From Lobosporangium transversale (lineage: Eukaryota): a stretch of DNA of 61,236 nt. Under the pieces are notes generated by a model. The model saw nothing but the letters and a program-made list of their open reading frames with translations. It ran no database searches and was not told the DNA's origin. Shown in pieces: positions 53,483 to 61,236 of this stretch (positions are counted from its first letter, which is position 1; each line of letters starts with the position of its first letter). The stretch spans positions 620,001 through 681,236 of the forward strand of contig NW_019028999.1 of assembly GCF_002105155.1 (NCBI RefSeq), written 5' to 3'. Position numbers and translations under genes: made by a program.

Positions 53483-54279
53483 ACAAATGTATCCCAAGCT
53501 GTCCAAACTGAAGATTGACCACACTTGCATCGAAGCATCAAATTGCTTGCTGTATGGATCTGCATAAACACATCGACGCTTTTCCTTCGCCTCTCTCTCT
53601 CCTTCTTTTCTATATTAGAATGCAAAAAAAAAAAAAAAAAAAAAAAAAAGTTGAAGGGGATAGAAAAAAAAAAAAAGCGTCTTTAGTCGCCATATTGGGG
53701 ATCGTCGCGCAATATATTCTTATGGAGACAATCCTAAATCAATATTCTCACAATAGCCACATTGAGAGTGTTTGCAGACTAAGGATTTCCAAGGCGCCAT
53801 TTTTTTTTTTTTTTTTTTTCTCTAAAGAACAAGGATACAAATGTGCAATTAGACATGGAGTGTAGCCCCTTCCACGAAATTGCTTTATTTTTAGAGTAGA
53901 TCCATGATCGAATTCATCCATGCTCGCTGTCTTCAGAAGATAGCCAGCCTCTTTTCGATGCTCATGGAAACCTGTTGTTCTCTCGCAAATGAATTAGCTA
54001 GAGAAGTTTTTTTTTTTTTTTTTTTTTCCCTAAAATAGAACGTAAAAAGGAAATACATCACTTTGATATTGCATCATCTGTATTACTCGCGTAACGAGGA
54101 AGGGTAAAGAGTTGACTGCATATTGGATCTTGTGTTCTCTCCTCGCGATCAACAAATCAAATTCTAGTCGGACAAAAAGTGGTCCATACGCGTAATATTT
54201 CCGACAAGCGATTTTGATGCTTTTGTAACGTTTGAAATTGAGAGAATACCGAATTTCAAAAATTTTGATCTACTTCTGT

Positions 54280-54310
<31 letters not shown>

Positions 54311-54564
54311 CCTTTGCCCTTTACAATTATACGATTGTCGTCCTAAAATGTCAATGAGCTGCGGAGAGAAGGACCGGCCTGGATTGTCCTCATTTAATAA
54401 CATGTAATATTATATCATTTCTCCTATTTTTCTTAATAAAAAATATAAATATAAAAAAAAAACGCTTGCATTACTTGAACTCGTTAGAATTAATGAGGGC
54501 TCTGAGCTTCAAGTTTGGATTTATTAACGTTCATTTTATTTTCAACCTATTGTTTCCTAGAATG

Positions 54565-54597
<33 letters not shown>

Positions 54598-54635
54598 GTG
54601 CAAGACTTTTCAATGTCCAGTGTTATTTGTTCAAT

Positions 54636-54668
<33 letters not shown>

Positions 54669-55318
54669 CGAACCACATCTGTTATTGTCAAACTCAACTG
54701 TTGACATATTCATTCTAGGAAAGCTCTGTATGCAGGACACAGCTTTTTTAAAGATACAGATACTATTCAATGAACGATTATGCTCTGATGAGAGACAAGT
54801 ACAGAGTAGGTTACAGACGTTTGGTTCAGTCCCCAGAATGGACACGCTCTCTTTTGACAAGTGAAACTTGCGTTCTCTTGGTTCTTTTGTAATAGTTGTC
54901 AGTGGTGATTGATCCTTTTTTTTTTTTGTTTTGTTTGATTGGATGCAACAGGCTTTCAGCCGATTCCAAGTCCTTAGTTTCATGTTTGTTTTGATTGCAA
55001 GTATGAAGGGTGGTTGAGAGGCTGCCCATGATCACTCATGCCTTTTTTTTTCTATCTGCATGTAAGTCTTCAATAACGCCAATTGATCAGTTTGTTTCCC
55101 AGTGTATAAAAAGATGCCGTTGTCCGCGTCTGACCACATCCCGTCGACACCCTGCATCTCTGCTTATCACACCTGCCATACATCCAGTGTTCTACCGTCA
55201 AAGTCTTTTTTTTTTTTTCTTGCATACTCGTCAGTTTACCTCTATTGCGCCTACAAAAAACAAACGTTACAGCTAAACATTCCTTGTATATTGTAAGTTT
55301 GTTCTTGGTGTTGTTGTT

Positions 55319-55362
<44 letters not shown>

Positions 55363-55737
55363 ACATTCACGATGCTACACTTTTGCCAGCCGCCATACTC
55401 AGCCTTCTTGTTTCCAGCGTAACTGATCAAATTTCAGGAACGATGCATGTGTTTTCCTCTGACTTTTTCTCTTCTAGCCATCTATACCTGAGGCTTTCCC
55501 CACTATTTGTACACATTGTCCATACCACATGGCCCACATGGCCATACAGCTCGAATGTATTTGAAGTGATTTTAATTTCTGACCCTTCTTTTCCTCTCTT
55601 TCAACTCCTCTTGCTTCTCAATTCCTCAAGTCTTTAGAATCTTTATATATATCTCTTTTCTACACCTTTGGTCTGAATCTCATCATCCTCACCTTTTCCT
55701 TTTACGAGACTTCTGACATCTTCCTTGTGGAGCCATC

Positions 55738-57117
55738 ATGTCCTCTCCTTTATTTGTCACCTGCAAGCCCAAGGCTCGCGTGCCTACAAAGTCCACCAAT
55801 TCGGGCTCTACTACACGACCTGAAAAAAAGGTTCCTAGACCACTCAATTGTTTTTTCATTTACCGCAGAGAGAATGCAAAAGCATATCGAGGGATGATTG
55901 CTCCGGTACTCTCTGCCAAACTCGCCAACGACTGGAAGAATGAGACGCCTGAGCGGCAACAGTATTACATGGAACTTGCTGAAAAGGCTAAAGTCGAACA
56001 CAAGCTCGCGTATCCGAATTACAAGTTCACGCCCGTCAAACGAGGCACCGGCAAACGCGCTCTAGCGCTGGCTGCGATGGCTAATGCCGCCAAGAAGAGT
56101 GCAGAAGAATCCACAACCTCAGATCTCCAGGCCTCTCCTTCGACTCCTCCCACTAACAAAACCCCTCCTTTGGTCAAGTCCGAAAGTCCTTCGCCATCGC
56201 CCGAAAGTCCTTCGCCATCGCTGATCTTTGAATCTACATTCTCGATTGATAAGTCTTTGGACGCCACATTGTCCACTAATCGATTGCGACGCAAGCGCAA
56301 CACTCAAAGGGCTCACCGATACAATCCTGTGAATTCATCTCCATTCTCGATACCATCACCTCACTTCAAATCCTCACATCAGCAGTTTGGATCCAGGAAC
56401 ACAAATGATAAGGCTGCTATCGAATCTGAAGATGTTGATGCTAAGGATGATGAATATGCTAACCAAGGTGAACTTATCCAATACATGTCGCAATCTTTTG
56501 GTTCGAACTCGAGTTTTTCATCCGGCATTGAATCTCTTCCTTCGCCTCTGTGCCAAGAGGAGAACTCTGTATTGGAAGCGAACATGTTCCCTTCGTTATT
56601 GTCGATGGAATCCTTTGAGCCTGAATGTCTTGCCCGTGATGATGCTCAGTGGGACACGACGAACAATGGACTCTGCACTACCATATCGGAACTATCTTTA
56701 AGCTGCCCTTCATCACCCTATTCTTCATACGGATGCTTAACACCATCCTATGATGAGTGCAGTTCGCCAACAATGACCACAATGTATACCTCAAGCGCAA
56801 TTTCATCCTTGGATGGTTCAGACTATATTTGCTATAATAGTGATTGGACCTCAAGCACATCCTCGAGCTTCCCTATGGCTCCTCTGATGACGCCACAGTG
56901 TCTAACTATGATGATGTCTTCACAAGTTTCGTCGTCTGTGTCTGCATCTACATCTACATCTGCAAGCCTACTTTTGTCCACATTTCCATTTGAGACAGAG
57001 AGTGCAATGAAGATAAAAGAAGATTTGATGATATCGCCACCAGTGTTGTCCAACTGCTCGGGCGTTTCACTCAACTCTACTCATGAATATCTTTGCAGTT
57101 CCTTCGTTTGGGCCTAA
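55738..57117 (+). CDS. HMG-box transcription factor (MATA_HMG/SOX type), intronless CDS
   Basis: KVPRPLNCFFIYRRE...LSAKLANDWKNE....YYMELAEKAKVEHKLAYPNYKFTP, followed by a Ser-rich tail; 21-bp duplication at 56180-56221. Confidence 0.9.
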   Translation: MSSPLFVTCKPKARVPTKSTNSGSTTRPEKKVPRPLNCFFIYRRENAKAYRGMIAPVLSAKLANDWKNETPERQQYYMELAEKAKVEHKLAYPNYKFTPVKRGTGKRALALAAMANAAKKSAEESTTSDLQASPSTPPTNKTPPLVKSESPSPSPESPSPSLIFESTFSIDKSLDATLSTNRLRRKRNTQRAHRYNPVNSSPFSIPSPHFKSSHQQFGSRNTNDKAAIESEDVDAKDDEYANQGELIQYMSQSFGSNSSFSSGIESLPSPLCQEENSVLEANMFPSLLSMESFEPECLARDDAQWDTTNNGLCTTISELSLSCPSSPYSSYGCLTPSYDECSSPTMTTMYTSSAISSLDGSDYICYNSDWTSSTSSSFPMAPLMTPQCLTMMMSSQVSSSVSASTSTSASLLLSTFPFETESAMKIKEDLMISPPVLSNCSGVSLNSTHEYLCSSFVWA

Positions 57118-57124
57118 GAGATAC

Positions 57125-57156
<32 letters not shown>

Positions 57157-58011
57157 ATAAAAATAAGAGACATAGTCTAGTAGATTAGTAGATTAGAAAA
57201 GCCTCGAATTCAGAGATAGATAAATAAAGCATAATATAATTTTATTTCTTTCTCCCTTTCTCCCTTTCTCTTTCTTTAGTAATAGAAAATCAATGGATTA
57301 CATTTCCTCAAAGAAAATGGTTTTTCCATCATTCTTATTAGGGCCAAAAATAATAATAATAATAATAATAATTATTTAAAGAAAAGAAAGAAAGAGAAAC
57401 TTTTTCTTAAAACAATAACCTTCCATTTTTGGTCAAAGAACGTGGAACGGGAAAGGAGGAAAGAAGGAAAAAAAAAAAAAAAAAAAAAAAAGATCTACAT
57501 GTTTACATGTATAACATGTTCAATTGAGTTCAACAACATCAAAAAGCAAAGCAAAACAAACAAACAAACAAGCACAATAGCATAAAAAAAAAAAAAAGAG
57601 GGTGGTAAACAATTTTTTTTTTTTTTTTTCCTTTTTGGTGTACTGTTAAGATTAGACCCCTTGTTTTTTTTCAAAAAAAAAAATAAAAAAAATAAAAAAA
57701 AAAAAAAACAGTATATCATTGCTGACAATATGGCTGAAATGGATCTAATGACGGAGATAGAGAAGGGGCTCATGAACCAGCATGAGACCTTCATCTGCCT
57801 GCTCTCGTCTAAGTTTATTCAAGTTATTCAAGTTTCTTTTTTTTTTTTCTAATGTCTATGAGTAAAATTGTTGTCTTTTTGAAGTGGTTGCAGTACAAAT
57901 ATAGTTGTTATGGTTACAATAGAGTACAAATCGAGATCGATTCATGAAAGTAAAAAAGAGAGGAGAGGAGAAGAGAGGAGAGGAGAGAAGAGAAGAGAAG
58001 AAAGAAATATT

Positions 58012-58491
58012 TTAGACAAACTCCCATTGGATCTGGACGACGCCCTGGGTGAGAGGAGCAAATTGCTTGAAGACAGCCTGGCTTAGATCCAACGAGCCGG
58101 GAGCACAGAATTGAGCTGGGCAAGTATCAGTTACGCGAGCAGTGACGGTCTTGCCTCCAGAGTGGATCTTGACGGTCTTTCCGCACTGGGAAGTGCCACC
58201 CATCTGATGAGCATTCATGGCGACGATCATGTCGTTAGTGTCGAAGGGAGTACCGCACGAGCCAACCTTGTCAGTGAACCATGTACCACGACCGGAGTAA
58301 GGTGAGGAACCAGTGCCTTGGGCGGAGATCGCGTCCTGATCCGTCGCCAAGTTCAGAGTAGCGGTGGTTTGACGGGTCGTTGAGGGAGCAGCAGCAGCAG
58401 CAGTCGAGGCAATAGGATCGATAGGGGCAGCGGCAATCATGGTGGCGAGAGTGGCGGTGGCAATGATAGCGAGCTTGTGGAAGATGGCCAT
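58012..58491 (-). CDS. Secreted RlpA-like double-psi beta-barrel (expansin/loosenin-like) protein
   Basis: Signal peptide, Ala/Thr linker, G.GTWF....GSCG, IVAMN, CGKTV.I, VTDTCP..C..GSLDLS.AVF..FA...GV..I.W.F. Confidence 0.9.
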   Translation of the reverse strand: MAIFHKLAIIATATLATMIAAAPIDPIASTAAAAAPSTTRQTTATLNLATDQDAISAQGTGSSPYSGRGTWFTDKVGSCGTPFDTNDMIVAMNAHQMGGTSQCGKTVKIHSGGKTVTARVTDTCPAQFCAPGSLDLSQAVFKQFAPLTQGVVQIQWEFV

Positions 58492-59633
58492 GTTGAAAAA
58501 GATTGAAAAAAGTGATTAAGTTGGATCTACTTGTACAAAGTAATGAGAGGGAGCTGCGAAGGGCAAGTGTCAAGGAAGGTGAGGATCAGAACAGGAAACT
58601 GATGATGGATAACAAAAAAAAAAAAAAAAAAAAACGGTGAGGAACATTGGAGCTTTTATACGCATTTTGTGTCCATCAACTCCGCTTGCTTGAGTTATGT
58701 GTGTTTTGTCCCTGGAATTGTTAAAGAGTTTATAGATCTACAGATCTTTGGGACCCTTTTCCCTTGAGCTATTGGCTATGCTTACATAGGATGGAACACC
58801 AACTGCCAAATAAGGAAATAAAAGAAGAAGAAGAAGAAAAAAAGGATCTGTGGAACGCTGGTGCTGACCAATGAGCCCAGAGGACCCCTGTGTTTTTTTT
58901 TTTTTTTTTTTTTTTTTTTTTCATTCTTTTTAAAGACAGCTTTGGTATAGTTGCCAGATTTAATATGATTGCCAGCTTATTAGGAATTTAAGGTTCGTGT
59001 GGTGAAAAATTACTTCCTTTTTGTTCTGCCATCTTTGGACTGCGCCGAAGATTAGATCTATTAGATATCACACGATTCGCGTAGGAGTCTCCACGAGAAA
59101 AAGAGGTGAGAAGCTATCCATTCACCTTCAACCAATGTGAGTTGCTCAGACATCTCTACGTACAGACTACAGTAGACGATAGTTTGGTCAGGGCCACTGG
59201 TTCAACACCAATACCATTCCTTTTATCTCTTTTGGGAAACCAGGAAGCTTTAGCAGACCAATGAGTAAGATATATAATTAGCCACTCGATCATTTTTTTA
59301 TGGCCCCAGCCTGAAACCCATCCTTTAATCAACTCGATATTATATTTTTTTTTGAAACCCATCGCATTTGGTAAAGAAGCTGGTATTTGATTTTATTTTG
59401 TTTTCCTTGTGAAATTGAGGAACATGCGAATAAATATCATTCTTTGATTCGTCAGATCCTACGAAAACCATTTAATCAGATGCAACAGGTCTAATAAGTA
59501 AGGTGACAAATACGTTTTTAAGAAAACTCGTGAATGTTTGTGTAAGTAGTTGGTCATTTTTGGTGGCGTAATGTAAAGATTCTTCTAGTAACAAAAAGAA
59601 AAAAGTACACTTTTGAGAAAAACGACGCTTCCT

Positions 59634-59666
<33 letters not shown>

Positions 59667-59804
59667 TAAGAAAAATGCGGGGAGGATGCTGATCTAAAAA
59701 GTAAAGGAGTGGGGTATATCTATAAGAAAATGTATCCATTGGGGGGGGGGTTTTCTTTTTCTTTTTTCATTTTTTTTTTTCCTCCTTTTTGATGCTAAAG
59801 ATCG

Positions 59805-60878
59805 TTAAGCATCGTATGCTGGAGGACTGAAATTCTTCTTGAGTCCAATATCTGCTTGATCATCTTCAGCATCATCATGGTCTTCGTCTCCTATTCTCTG
59901 TGGTGTCCTTGACTCCTCAGATGTCCGTCTCGATGGTGCTGGTGAAATGCGTAGAGCGCTGATCATAGTACTCCAGTCATAAGCGCCCTTTCCTTGTTCC
60001 TTCACTTGGGTTAGATGGTTGTAAGCTAAATCGGCAGTGGGAAGCGAGGCACCCGTTTCCTGTGCCAATTGCCGCATATGACCTACGTCCTTTAGCCCGA
60101 GTTCGACCGAGAATCCAAGGTCTTTGCTCAGAACACGAGAACTCTGGGTCATCCTTTTACTGCATTCAGTCCACATGGGGGCAGGGAAGAAAGCTTCAAT
60201 AAACTTGAGTACGGATTCTTGGTCGACCTCTGCCTTTTCTGCCAATGTCAAACCTTCTGCCAATAACTCCATAGTGCCGACGACAAAAAAGTTTCCGATT
60301 AACTTGAAGGAGCATGCACGTGCTACATCCGTGGTCTTGAGGTGGATAATACTTCTGGACATCGTGGTAAAATATAAACATAATTTCTTGATCGCCTTTT
60401 CATCGCCGCTGGTGACCCAGATCAACTTTGCTGCCTTGGCCATGGAGGGGCGACCAAAGACGGGGCATTGGAGGTATGTGTGTTGTGGCGTGACTGCAAG
60501 TCGTTCCTTGAGCTTGGTTGCGAGAGTAGGGTAGATAGTAGATGTCTCCACAAAGATAATAGAATGGTCGACCTGGCCAGCGAGGTCAATCAAGATCTCA
60601 TAGATCTCCTCGACTGCCTCATCGTTCTTCAAAGATGTAAAAATGATGTTGCTCTGTGCTACTAGGTCCTCAAGGGATTTGGCAACGCGAGCACCATGGT
60701 GGTGCATCTTTGCAGCCTTGGCAGGAGTGCGGTTCCAAACAGTCATCGTCAGCGATCGTGAGGTCAGATATCGTTGAAGGTTGTTGGCCATGTTATAGCC
60801 CATCTCGCCGAGACCGATCCAGCCGATTCTATCCTGCTGTTTGAGATGAATTAGATTTCCTATGATTTTTTTTGACAT
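59805..60878 (-). CDS. NAD(P)-dependent beta-hydroxyacid dehydrogenase (6PGD/3-HIBADH family), intronless
   Basis: IGWIGLGEMG Rossmann motif, VWNRT, ETSTIYP, PVFG, catalytic FKLIGN, GLKDVGH. Confidence 0.9.
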   Translation of the reverse strand: MSKKIIGNLIHLKQQDRIGWIGLGEMGYNMANNLQRYLTSRSLTMTVWNRTPAKAAKMHHHGARVAKSLEDLVAQSNIIFTSLKNDEAVEEIYEILIDLAGQVDHSIIFVETSTIYPTLATKLKERLAVTPQHTYLQCPVFGRPSMAKAAKLIWVTSGDEKAIKKLCLYFTTMSRSIIHLKTTDVARACSFKLIGNFFVVGTMELLAEGLTLAEKAEVDQESVLKFIEAFFPAPMWTECSKRMTQSSRVLSKDLGFSVELGLKDVGHMRQLAQETGASLPTADLAYNHLTQVKEQGKGAYDWSTMISALRISPAPSRRTSEESRTPQRIGDEDHDDAEDDQADIGLKKNFSPPAYDA

Positions 60879-61236
60879 TTTGTTTTTCTTTTCTTGTTCT
60901 TGTCCAACTGGTGATATATATTTGTTAGATGCTATTGATGAAATAGATGGATAAATGATGGTATAGGGGGTATGGTATATTTTAGAAAGAGGGTGGGTTG
61001 AGGGATAAAAATGGAGTGAAAGCGTACAGAAATTCTAAGAAATGTCTTCAAGAAAAGGGCGAAAGCTCCTTCTTTATATATTTGAAGCACACCTTATAAG
61101 TGCAATAATCGAAATTTCCTTTGAATTTGTCCATACAAGATGAGCCAAAAGCTATGGTCAATGATAAATATACACCTTTGGCCTTTGAGCCATTCTTCAG
61201 CTCCTTTCAAGGAAATAATAGGAATAGATTTCAGGT

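Noticed and set aside
59156..59362. 68-aa minus-strand ORF between the DPBB and dehydrogenase genes
   Set aside because: No motif or splice support.

Overview
Gene-dense (about 20 genes) intron-rich eukaryotic DNA with GT-AG introns full of poly(A)/poly(T) tracts and microsatellites. Gene content and style suggest an early-diverging fungus, most likely Mortierellaceae (inference). Hand-spliced models: VIP1/PPIP5K, GNAT acetyltransferase, YycE-like VOC protein, a CK1 kinase with a GC-AG intron and a large insert, CARM1/PRMT4-like methyltransferase, a D-Ala-D-Ala-ligase-like ATP-grasp enzyme, a small GPI-type wall protein, a coiled-coil protein with a hydrophobic tail, MAK3/NAA30, a 12-knuckle CCHC protein, DCR2-like phosphoesterase, TKL-kinase/ankyrin fusion, GATA factor, Lines-like protein, DUF4050 protein, an unknown protein, coronin, HMG-box factor, expansin-like DPBB protein and a beta-hydroxyacid dehydrogenase. 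Most notable: a frameshifted XPG/FEN1-like (PIN+H3TH) nuclease relic at about 34.3-35.2 kb that the ORF track hides and that may be a mobile-element remnant; an intron-containing Ddl-like ligase in an organism without peptidoglycan; an intronless GNAT + bacterial-type VOC pair; and intronic T-run/A-run palindromes with poly(A) 3' splice sites. No tRNA, rRNA or CRISPR array was recognised. Exon boundaries were read by eye and family calls rest on recalled motifs, not searches.
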